Part shown: positions 9,662 to 18,452 of the stretch, piece after piece
Position numbering within the stretch: the stretch's first letter is position 1
How the letters are laid out: the number at the start of each line of letters is the position of its first letter
Virus record (IMG/VR): IMGVR_UViG_3300046171_000173
Coordinates: 1 to 64,000 of that record
Origin: a virus
Reading direction: 5' to 3' (one strand)
Length of the DNA: 64,000 nucleotides
Made by a program: the position numbers and the translations under genes
Notes under the pieces: generated by a model
Told to the model about the DNA's origin: nothing
The model's database searches: none
The model's input: the letters and a program-made list of their open reading frames with translations, nothing else

Positions 9662-9791
9662 CCCAAGGGTCTGTTAAATCTTCATTGGCAAAGAATCCTT
9701 TATAGATTCCATAACCTGTGAGTAATACCATCATTATAGCAATAGAAATGACAGTTGTATACTCCGGTGAATATGATGCATGCGGAATCAT
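9645..9791 (-). CDS. psbN: PsbN-like photosystem II assembly protein (48 aa, absent from the ORF track)
   Basis: Hand translation MIPHASYSPEYTTVISIAIMMVLLTGYGIYKGFFANEDLTDPWDDHDD: one TM helix, TGYGIY..F and the LTDPWDDHDD C-terminus typical of picocyanobacterial PsbN. Confidence 0.85.
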   Translation of the reverse strand: MIPHASYSPEYTTVISIAIMMVLLTGYGIYKGFFANEDLTDPWDDHDD

Positions 9792-9976
9792 TTAAATCTC
9801 CATTCTCTTTCATCTAAAACTTCATTAATAAGTTCTTTTAATTCTTTCTTAAGAGTGTCAGATAGAAGATTCATTTCATTCTTTACCATAGGTGGAATAG
9901 CATCACGCTGTTCTTGAAGTGATTTACCGCCACTCTTCTCAGATCCAAATGACATTCCTTGAGTATCAATCTTCAT
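9788..9976 (-). CDS. Hypothetical protein
   Basis: 62-aa ORF, ATGA-coupled to psbN. Confidence 0.55.
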   Translation of the reverse strand: MKIDTQGMSFGSEKSGGKSLQEQRDAIPPMVKNEMNLLSDTLKKELKELINEVLDEREWRFK

Positions 9977-10232
9977 AATTTTCTATTGTTTCCCAAATGA
10001 TATAGTCATCAGGATTAACCATTGGCATATATCCTCCACTATTTCTTCTTGGTATAGTAATAATATCAATAGTCTCTTCAAACCATCTATTCATTGATTT
10101 TGCCATCTGACGATATCCAGTGCCGACATAGACTTGGCCTGCAACAACTGCGACTGTTGCTATACCCCAGAATAAGTAATAACTTGACGATTTCATTTGT
10201 GCTTTTCTTTTTGTGAATGTTGATTTAGTCAT
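9966..10232 (-). CDS. Hypothetical membrane protein
   Basis: Hydrophobic segment YLFWGIATVAVVAGQVYV; start taken at ATG 10232. Confidence 0.55.
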   Translation of the reverse strand: MTKSTFTKRKAQMKSSSYYLFWGIATVAVVAGQVYVGTGYRQMAKSMNRWFEETIDIITIPRRNSGGYMPMVNPDDYIIWETIENYED

Positions 10233-10383
10233 TTTGATCTTCACGCGGATAATAGACCTCAACATAAGAATTACATTGAGGACATGATAAATTTGTAACT
10301 ATACTATACTCTGGAGTCATGTCCATGTCAAGGTCATGATCCCCACCCCAGATTAATTCAGTGTTACAGTGCCAACAGTTCAT
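10225..10383 (-). CDS. Small zinc-ribbon protein (52 aa, absent from the ORF track)
   Basis: MNCWHCNTELIWGGDHD...NLSCPQCNSYVEVYYP; ATGA overlap with the pyrE stop. Confidence 0.7.
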   Translation of the reverse strand: MNCWHCNTELIWGGDHDLDMDMTPEYSIVTNLSCPQCNSYVEVYYPREDQND

Positions 10384-10919
10384 TCAATAATATCCTCTAA
10401 TTTGTATAGAGAAATAAATTCTATCTTATTATTTTCCCATATGATGTGATCATCTTGTCTATCAACGATTGCAACAACACGATTCACAATGTAACCTGCA
10501 TCACGCAATACATTTACTGCTTTGATTGCACTACTACCTGTTGTAGTTACATCTTCTAATACTGTAACGATAGATCCTTCAGGTGGCTTGTTACCTTCAA
10601 TAACTTCTTTTGTTCCATATCCTTTCGGATTCTTTCTTACGATCAAAGCATCAATATGTTTACCAGAGTAGTATGCTTTCTGTGCGATACCACAAACTAA
10701 AGGATCAGCACCAAGAGTAAGTCCACCAACTGCTACAGATTTATCTTCCACATGCTCTATCATTAAATGTGATAGAAGTGCATTTCCCTCACAGGATAAA
10801 GTAACAGGTTTACAGTTAATATAATGCTCCGATTCTTTACCAGAAGATAAGGTAAATTTACCTTTCTTGTATGCTCTTTCTCTTAGAAGATGTAGTAATG
10901 TCTTTCTATGATTTTCCAT
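10380..10919 (-). CDS. pyrE: Orotate phosphoribosyltransferase
   Basis: FTLSSGKESEHYINCK, GGLTLGADP, PRPP-binding VLEDVTTTGSS. Confidence 0.93.
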   Translation of the reverse strand: MENHRKTLLHLLRERAYKKGKFTLSSGKESEHYINCKPVTLSCEGNALLSHLMIEHVEDKSVAVGGLTLGADPLVCGIAQKAYYSGKHIDALIVRKNPKGYGTKEVIEGNKPPEGSIVTVLEDVTTTGSSAIKAVNVLRDAGYIVNRVVAIVDRQDDHIIWENNKIEFISLYKLEDIIE

Positions 10920-11203
10920 CAGAGAATTAATTGTTTAGTTGGTTTTGATATCTTACCAAACATTGAATTGTATTGTTCGATAATCTCATCTTGAGGATCT
11001 CCAATATAAACCACATATTTTTTAGTGACTTCAAGTTTATCTTTTTGAAGTAAAGGAGACCAAGGAGCAAATGCAATTTGTCCTTGTTTTTGTGACGGTA
11101 CTGCCACAATCGGATCAGTGATTGTTATTGAATCAGTGTCCTCTTTTGTAATGTCAGCGATTACATCTTCGCCAGACCACATACGAATTAATTTTACAGT
11201 CAT
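10919..11203 (-). CDS. Conserved hypothetical (Sm-like fold family)
   Basis: VKLIRMWSGEDVIAD...DP...FAPWSP. Confidence 0.65.
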   Translation of the reverse strand: MTVKLIRMWSGEDVIADITKEDTDSITITDPIVAVPSQKQGQIAFAPWSPLLQKDKLEVTKKYVVYIGDPQDEIIEQYNSMFGKISKPTKQLIL

Positions 11204-12141
11204 TTGAATTCACACTCCACCATAATTTCGGTTAAACAAGCTAATAGGTTAATTTCCTGATCTGCCACAAATGCTACTTGGTATTGATATTTAGCCAAAA
11301 CAAGAATGGCAGCAGGAATAGAACTAGCGACCAAGGTTTCATACAAACTATCGTAAATGCGACGAAACAATAAAGTGGTATCATTATCCAAGTTAGTGTT
11401 GACCCATTTACGGACTTCAGAAAAGTTTTTTTCCTTAAGACTCTTAGTAAGTTCATTAATTGAAACATCAGAAAAGGACGCTAGAATGCCGGAATCTATT
11501 TCACCTCCGACTGAGTATCTTTGACACTCGTTGAGGACTCTCCTCCAGTCAGGAAAGTGTTTACTGATTAACTCAGCAACAACTTTCTTATCACTCTTTA
11601 TGTTCTCTTTGTCAAGAATATAATTAATCCTTGCAAAGAACTGTGCTGCTATTGTTGGTTTGTCTTTTTTATTAACAGAGAAGTCAACAACAGAGCACCG
11701 TGAATGGAGAGGAGAGATGATCTTATTTTTGTAGTTGCAGGTAAAGATAAATCTACAGTTCCTAGAGAATTCCTCAATAGACGCTCTGAGAAGGAGTTGT
11801 ACATCGGAAGTGGTATTGTCTGCTTCATCAATGATGATGACTTTATGTTTTGAGTCACTCGTAAGAGAGACGGTAGATGCGAAGTTCTTTGCGTTGTTCC
11901 GAACAGTGTCCAGAAAGCGTCCTTCATCCGATCCATTAATGACATAGTAGTCTGCTCCAAGTTGATTGCATAATGCCTTTGCTACAGTTGTCTTACCAAT
12001 CCCCGGTGGGCCTGATAATAACATATTTGGTATCTCACCAGCAGTTAAGAAATCTTGAAATGTTTTCTTAATACCTTGAGGTAAGATACACTCATCAATT
12101 GTTTTGGGTCTGTATTTTTCAACCCATATAAAGTCACTCAT
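11200..12141 (-). CDS. g44: Clamp loader large subunit gp44
   Basis: WVEKYRP, Walker A GPPGIGKT, DEAD, SRC motif. Confidence 0.96.
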   Translation of the reverse strand: MSDFIWVEKYRPKTIDECILPQGIKKTFQDFLTAGEIPNMLLSGPPGIGKTTVAKALCNQLGADYYVINGSDEGRFLDTVRNNAKNFASTVSLTSDSKHKVIIIDEADNTTSDVQLLLRASIEEFSRNCRFIFTCNYKNKIISPLHSRCSVVDFSVNKKDKPTIAAQFFARINYILDKENIKSDKKVVAELISKHFPDWRRVLNECQRYSVGGEIDSGILASFSDVSINELTKSLKEKNFSEVRKWVNTNLDNDTTLLFRRIYDSLYETLVASSIPAAILVLAKYQYQVAFVADQEINLLACLTEIMVECEFK

Positions 12142-12672
12142 AACCAAGCAGGTTTACGATCTGGTTTCCTAAGATAATTATCGCATACCCAAGGTTTAGA
12201 TGCAATGTATCTTTTATACTTAGTTAGAATATCAATACTTGAATCATGCTTTGAACTGATCAGGGCCTGCAAAAGCAAATGGTGTTGCTTCCTTGTGACA
12301 TAGTAATGTCTTACCAGTTCTTTTCTCAAATACTTCTTCTGCTGCATTCATTGCAGTTTGGCATGAATGTACTTTACCATATCTGGTTTCATACTCATTC
12401 AACAATGCAAATCCATGCTGAATCAACCATGCAGTATTGGCAAAACTTTCTGCTGCCCATATTGTACATGGATGTCCACGGAAAGCACCCTTCTCAGTAT
12501 TGTAAGGTGTGCCATCTTTCTTAGGTAGTAAATCATTACCCCAGTTGTAATACCACTTAGAGAAGACTACTGCCAACATTTGGCATGTCTCCAATGGCAT
12601 CTTGACCACATGTTTATCAGGCAACACTTGTGCTGATAAGTCTGGGTCGGGATCAGTAACAAAAATATTCAT
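12138..12672 (-). CDS. Pyrimidine dimer DNA glycosylase / DenV-like protein (one apparent indel)
   Basis: MNIFVTD...DKHVVKMPLETCQML...HPCTIW...EYETRYGKVH; the C-terminal YKRYIASKPW...RKPAWL is in the shifted frame. Confidence 0.8.
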
Positions 12673-12707
12673 GTCCTTATTATATCACATGATTTATTTT
12701 TTGCAAA

Positions 12708-14136
12708 TTATTTACTATCTGCTTTATCAAATGGCATATATTCAATACGAAAAGTTCTGTTTACTTCAAATGATCTACCAAATTGATCTGTTTTTGTAAT
12801 TGGTTTTAAGTTTTCAACAATGTGTTTCATAGTTGGTTCAAACCTTTCTTTCTTTCCTTTGGTAGTTGTATTACCGTCCCATTTCTCTCTATTCTCAACA
12901 GGGTCTGCTTTTAGGCCATCGCCATGGTGTATTAGACATATTATATGTTGTTTATCTGAATTTTTTAAAATCTCCTCATGAGTTTGCACATAAAGTGATT
13001 TCCAACCACCACTCGATCCTGTAATTACTAATGTATTTTCATCAGACAATTCTGTTTCCTTTTTAATTAGGTTGTCATAATCATCAGGGTGAGTTTTTTT
13101 ATTGTATATGATAGCAGTTCTATATGTTGATTTTTGTTGCTTTCTTTTATGTTCAATTTCTGAGTCTTTTATAATCGAATTAGGCTGTGTTTATATGAAA
13201 ACCATAATCTTGAACTAATAAGTCTTTATTTCTTTTACTATCAAAAGGAATTTTGTGATGTTGATAATCATAAATTAAATCTTTTATTACATCACCCTTA
13301 CTAATTTCATCAGTTCTTTCTCTATTAATTTTATTAAATAAATTTCCTATGTGTCTTCTATCTCTTTCTTTCAATTTATGTAATTTCTCAAACCACTCTG
13401 GTATTATAATCACTTTACATTTAGTTATTGAAGATACCAATAACGCAGCTTTTAATGTGCAATTGCCATTACCAATTTTTAAATCACTTTCCCATATTAA
13501 AATATAATTAGCACCTAATGCATCACCTTTATCTCTCATATATCCAGCTATGTCAGTGATATGTCTAGCATTTTCCTTTTCTCTTACTTGAACATATCCA
13601 AGCGTTTTTAAATATAATTTATCCCATAAATCAATCATGAAATCTAGGTTAAGTTCCATAGTTTTTAAATCTTCTTTAGTATAATCTTTGGGATTTTTTA
13701 CCATCTCATCATACTCTTTAACATCTCTGTATAATAAATCTGCAATAGCTCTGTTTAAAGGTTCTTTCCACGCAGTTTTAGTAACAGCTTTGTTAAAGTA
13801 CTCAGGATTTTTTATAACATCTTTTTCTTTCTGCAATTTATGTTCCGAATTTAACATATCCTCATATGTTCCAATATCTAATAATTTTAATTCCATCTTA
13901 GTTCCACTAGAAAACAAGTCTTTAAATTCGTCGCTAGTTGAACTACCCCAATAGGATCCATCAAATGGTCTTTCAGAACGAGTTTTCAATTTGCGGGATC
14001 CCGGATACTTAACATTAAAATATCTTCCTTCTTCAACAACTCTAAATTGATAGAGATATGCTCCAATTTTTTCCCAATCCACCTCTCTTTCATCTAAGAT
14101 AGATGTATCTATTTTAACTATTGATTCTGGCTTCAT
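12708..14136 (-). CDS. Very AT-rich protein: Seg-like GIY-YIG N-terminal domain plus ParB-like domain (probably one gene, indel near 13180)
   Basis: AYLYQF...KYPGSRK...YWGSS...E...PEYFNK; then QVRE...IGNGNCTLKAA. ORFs 13180..14136 and 12708..13049. Confidence 0.5.
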
Positions 14137-14173
14137 ATTAAAACTGAGGGTATATTCATTTTAGCACAAGTGT

Positions 14174-14660
14174 TTACGATGTGCAAGTAATTTGATCATT
14201 GACTAATCTATCATTTAGAACTCTTTTCATCAGTTCAAGAGTTATCTGTTGTGGTCTTTGTTTCCAACCATACCACACACTCTTCTTACCTTTTGAATGT
14301 GGTGGAACTTTTGATCTCAAATAATATTGATCTTCAGTTACATCATATATTGTACTTCCGTCCTGCAACCACCAATGTTTTTCATCTCGAAAATCAACAG
14401 CACTAAAAGGAACAAGTTTATCAGTATTCATTAAAAAGAAAAGAGCTTGTGATGAATGATAACAATGACCATAAAATTTATATTTTTGAACATCAGTAGC
14501 ATACTTCAATCTCTTACCTTTTAAAAGATCTCCTGATAGATTTTCTTGTATCTTTACGATAACATCGTCAATCTCATCGTAAGGATAGGGTTCAAAGGTA
14601 AGAGTTCTCGTCTCTAATACTTCATTACCATCATACCTAGTTTCTTTGTACTACTTTCAT
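14174..14660 (-). CDS. Hypothetical protein with a possible Cys-His-Asp (transglutaminase/papain-like) triad
   Basis: GHCY...HWWL...YDVTEDQY. The frame is open upstream of the track start to ~14640, and the likely ATG at 14660 is reached via one indel. Confidence 0.45.
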
Positions 14661-14916
14661 TCTTTAACTCCTTTACATACTCCTCTCTACCATCTTTAGT
14701 AAATACTTTCTTCTCATAGTCAAAGTAAGGATGTGGTTGGGCATTTTCAAAAGGATTCTTCGATACATTTTTCAATACAATAAATTTATCCTTTGCAAAA
14801 GTTCCCGCAAGTTGAACTTCAATATCATCACCATCTTTCCAGTTTATTTGACCCTTTAGATTAGTGTGAAGCATAGCCTCTTGTATCTGATCAATAATTT
14901 CTTGAGTTAGTTTCAT
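14614..14916 (-). CDS. Hypothetical protein
   Basis: 100-aa ORF, ATGA-coupled to the upstream small ORF. Confidence 0.55.
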   Translation of the reverse strand: MKLTQEIIDQIQEAMLHTNLKGQINWKDGDDIEVQLAGTFAKDKFIVLKNVSKNPFENAQPHPYFDYEKKVFTKDGREEYVKELKNESSTKKLGMMVMKY

Positions 14917-15086
14917 TCTTCAATTTCAAAGTGCCATTTAATATGTTTTATATAATCGAATGTACAACCAATATCTTTATCGCATTGAATATCATATTTC
15001 CTATCACAAAGGAATCTTCTTAGTTCTTCTATATTAGCAAAAGAACCTTGAGATTCAAAATCTTCGTTGTATAGAATGTACTTCAT
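14913..15086 (-). CDS. Small hypothetical protein (57 aa, absent from the track)
   Basis: MKYILYNEDF...LRRFLCDRKY...WHFEIEE; ATGA overlaps at both ends. Confidence 0.6.
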   Translation of the reverse strand: MKYILYNEDFESQGSFANIEELRRFLCDRKYDIQCDKDIGCTFDYIKHIKWHFEIEE

Positions 15087-15169
15087 TTCTTTTTAAACAC
15101 TCCTAATTTTGTTAAAAGATAAAGTGCTAATGCTGTCCAGAAAACAACTTCTAATCCAATGTTATTCAT
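15083..15169 (-). CDS. 28-aa membrane peptide (absent from the track)
   Basis: MNNIGLEVVFWTALALYLLTKLGVFKKK; fills the gap exactly, with overlapping start/stop codons. Confidence 0.55.
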   Translation of the reverse strand: MNNIGLEVVFWTALALYLLTKLGVFKKK

Positions 15170-15362
15170 TTTCGTACTTGGTTAAATCACATTCAACTAA
15201 GGGTAAACTTTCTCCTTTTAATGGTATTGGTTCACCTACTTTTTCCTGCAGTTGTTTTAATTTTTTAGCACCTTCTCCTTTATCATAAGGGATAGGTGCA
15301 TTTCTCACACAAACTCTAATCATTTGCATTTCTTCTGCAGTAAAAAAGATTTCCTTTTGCAT
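15162..15362 (-). CDS. Hypothetical protein
   Basis: 66-aa ORF TAATG-coupled to the g45 stop. Confidence 0.55.
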   Translation of the reverse strand: MQKEIFFTAEEMQMIRVCVRNAPIPYDKGEGAKKLKQLQEKVGEPIPLKGESLPLVECDLTKYENE

Positions 15363-16034
15363 TACTCAAAGGTAGAATCTGGTTCCAATGCTATGTAGTA
15401 AGTTAGATTTAATTTACTATTCGTAAACTTAGATAGTAACTTAGATGATACAATTACATCGTATGAACCGGGAATAATTCTGATGTTTTCTACTTTAAAG
15501 TTAAAAGTAAAACTCTTATCAGTTTCACCTACAATAACTGCATATTCATTTGATGTATCATTCTTCTTGTCACGAACAATCAGTTTGACTACACCTGCCC
15601 CACCCACTACTGCAAGATCAGGTAATTGATAAACTGCAGCAGCCCTTAAGTAGTTTCTCTAATGAATTACTATCAAGTTGGAAACATGCATCTTGAGATG
15701 GTAGAGATATCTCCTTCTCAGGTGGTGCAATAATAACTTGTGGATCTGCAAAGAAATATTTAACTTTTCTTCTTCCTTCACGAATCGTAAGATGAGTCTC
15801 CTCAGAAAAATCTAGGTCTGGATCTTGATGTAAACTCAATCCATTTAGAAACTGATTCAGATCATATATTGCAACATCTCTTGGGAAGTCTTCTGGTATC
15901 TCTGCTTCAGCAAGAATATTCTTTGCAACAGATATCGTGCGAAGTTGATTACCTTTCTTCACAAGAATTGAATTATTAATTCCTGCAAAATTCTTAAGGA
16001 TACCTAAAGTGTTGTCACTCAAATTCATTGTCAT
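15362..16034 (-). CDS. g45: Sliding clamp gp45 (one apparent indel near 15645)
   Basis: LSDNTLGILKNFAGINNSI, IYDLNQFL, FNFKVENIRIIPGSYDV, YYIALEPDS. Confidence 0.95.
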
Positions 16035-16039
16035 AATTG

Positions 16040-16627
16040 TTAAGGCATTTGTTCAAAATTTCCTGATGGCATTGATGGTTCGCCATAGTGATTATCGAAG
16101 TGTAATAATAGCATAGCATAATGTATCACTTTCATCAAGTCCTTCTTATTCTTTCCGTCTTTGTTTCCATATCTACTTCCATACTTAAGTATGTTTGCTT
16201 GACAGAATCCAGCTGCAAGTTCCTTTGATGCCATGAGATCGATTGTTTGAACATTGCGAAACTCATGAGACTTACCTGTGTAATGTCCTTTATATGTTTG
16301 AGATACATATTCCTCAATGTCTTTTAGAATTTCTTCTTCGTGATATTTGAAATAATGTGCCATGTTTTTGTTGTCTAATTCCTTTAATTGTTCTTGATGA
16401 AACTGTCTTGTCCACCCATCATTATATGATGAGTTTGCATTTGTAAAATGATGTGCTCGTTGATCGTCTATATCTGCCATGTATTTGTCATAGTAGTTGT
16501 TTTCATAATCAAGACCATCATCTTCATAAGCAGTATTACCTGCTCCGACTTTAGTGTCGATAATCGGATACTCTTCGTCCATAGTTCCGTTCAAAGCCTC
16601 CCACGCTAAACTCCATGCATTAACCAT
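16040..16627 (-). CDS. DUF3310-like (gp1.7 nucleotide-kinase-related) protein with an acidic N-terminal extension
   Basis: HY...QTIDL...GFCQANILKYGSRYGNKDG...DLMKVIHY. Confidence 0.7.
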   Translation of the reverse strand: MVNAWSLAWEALNGTMDEEYPIIDTKVGAGNTAYEDDGLDYENNYYDKYMADIDDQRAHHFTNANSSYNDGWTRQFHQEQLKELDNKNMAHYFKYHEEEILKDIEEYVSQTYKGHYTGKSHEFRNVQTIDLMASKELAAGFCQANILKYGSRYGNKDGKNKKDLMKVIHYAMLLLHFDNHYGEPSMPSGNFEQMP

Positions 16628-17237
16628 ATGTGAAAAGAAATTCATTTACAAGACTCTCTGCTTTTTCTTTACCAAACTTACCACTCAGATATCCTGATAC
16701 TGGATCAAGTTTAGTCATGTAAGCATCAAAGTCTTTATAGACACTAGTGTCTTCACCAGTGGGTTTCTCTAATTCTAACATCTCTTTATACTTTGTCAAG
16801 TAGGTTTGGAACATATCTAAATGTTCGTCCACCTCATCCATTGTACATTTGGCAATATAAACATTCTCAGAGAAATGATTTCCGGGTTCAAAGAACCGAT
16901 AATCACCTTGACTCTTGGGTAAACCATCTACTGAAAACAAATGGTTCTCTACAGGATGTTGGAAGTCAAAGACAATAATGACCTTCTTGTCAAAGAATCC
17001 CATAAGATCCATACCAAAACATGGAAGATTACTGCCTGTTTTAGGATAGATGATGTTGTTGTATATGCTAGACTTTTCATTCCAAATCTCCACTACTCTT
17101 GACTTGATTATGAAATCATGTTCATAGACTTTCGCAGAAAGCACAGTACCCTTGGCCTCCCAATCTGCCCAAGGATGAGCAAACTGGAGATCAAAGGTAT
17201 CATGTAATGCTTTCTTGTAGTTACCCCACAGATTCAT
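16620..17237 (-). CDS. pebS: Phycoerythrobilin synthase (ferredoxin-dependent bilin reductase)
   Basis: IYNNIIYPKTGSNLPCFGMDLM...KKVIIVFDFQHP...YRFFEPGNHFS...FDAYMTKLDPV, matching cyanophage PebS. Confidence 0.9.
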   Translation of the reverse strand: MNLWGNYKKALHDTFDLQFAHPWADWEAKGTVLSAKVYEHDFIIKSRVVEIWNEKSSIYNNIIYPKTGSNLPCFGMDLMGFFDKKVIIVFDFQHPVENHLFSVDGLPKSQGDYRFFEPGNHFSENVYIAKCTMDEVDEHLDMFQTYLTKYKEMLELEKPTGEDTSVYKDFDAYMTKLDPVSGYLSGKFGKEKAESLVNEFLFTYG

Positions 17238-18360
17238 CGGACTCCTTGTCGAAATCTACATCTGCATCTACTTTATCATACAATTCCATAAATGACTGTT
17301 TTGTTTCATCATCGAAACGATTAACACAGTTTTGAATCGCTTTTGCTTTATCTTTAAAGATAGAGTATGCACGAATGATATGAACAAGTCTACGAGTACT
17401 TACGATCTCTTCGATACCACCATCATAAAATGTACGACGGATGATGTCTGCCCAGTCTACAAGTTTCTTAATGAATCCATCATCATGAACACCAACACTT
17501 GCAGAGTGAAGACGCAACATCTTCTCTTCAATCTTAACATGAGGATATGATTGCTCAAAGGTCACAGGGAATCTCTCAAGGAATGCTTCGTTCAATACAT
17601 TAGTACCGATGAATCTACCATCCTCAGATCCTTTACCTTTGGTGTTTGCAGTAGCAATGATATTGAATCCTGCAGCAGGTTTTACCCACTTTCCTATCTT
17701 CTTCAAGAAGACACCTTTGCCCTCAAGAATAGATTGTAAACATAGATCTTGTTAGATGCTAGATCGATCTCATCTAGAAGGAGTACAGCTCTCCCCTCTC
17801 CAAAGATTCGATAACTGGGCCCATTGTGCCACACAGTATTGCCATCAACAAGACGAAACCCACCAATAAGATCGTCTTCATCTGTTTCTATCGTGATATT
17901 CACGCGAATTAACTCTCTATTTAGTTGGGCACATGCCTGTTCAACAGAGAATGTTTTACCGTTACCTGACAATCCAGTGATGAATGTAGGATAGAATAAC
18001 TTGGACTGAATAATCTTTTTGACATCAGCAAATGGGCCAAACTTTACAAATGTCTCATCCTTCATAGGGACTAAGTTTTGTGCAAGTGGTGCTACAACTG
18101 CAGGTGCTGCTGCAGGGTGCTACAAATGCTGCTTCAATCTCTTCTACTACTTGTTGTGTAACTTCAAGATTCCACTTACCTTTTGTTACTTTAAATTCTT
18201 TCAGTTTCTTAGTAACTGTCTGATATGTAATATCATTCATTGCACACCATGCACGAACTTCTGGTGTGGTAAACTCTGAACCATATTGAGATCTTAGACC
18301 ATCAATAATTTCTTCACGAGTCATTTTGATTTCAAAAGGGACGAATGTTTTTTTTGTCAT
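17221..18360 (-). CDS. cobS: CobS-like MoxR-type AAA+ ATPase (several apparent indels)
   Basis: GLSGNGKT, LLLDEID, ATANTKGKGS, LNEAFLERF, STRRL across three ORFs. Confidence 0.88.
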
Positions 18361-18447
18361 GATAAAGGGGTTTCTTTGTTATGTACTTATTATAGTCGAT
18401 AACAACACCCTTACAACAAAAAGTGGACAGTTTGTTGACTGTCCACT
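18361..18447 (-). promoter_or_regulatory. Palindromic early-type promoter element (also terminator-like)
   Basis: Perfect inverted repeat AGTGGACAGT-N6-ACTGTCCACT (18422-18447), TATAAT 27 nt downstream, leader AAGAAACCCC. Confidence 0.7.
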
Positions 18448-18452
18448 ATTTA

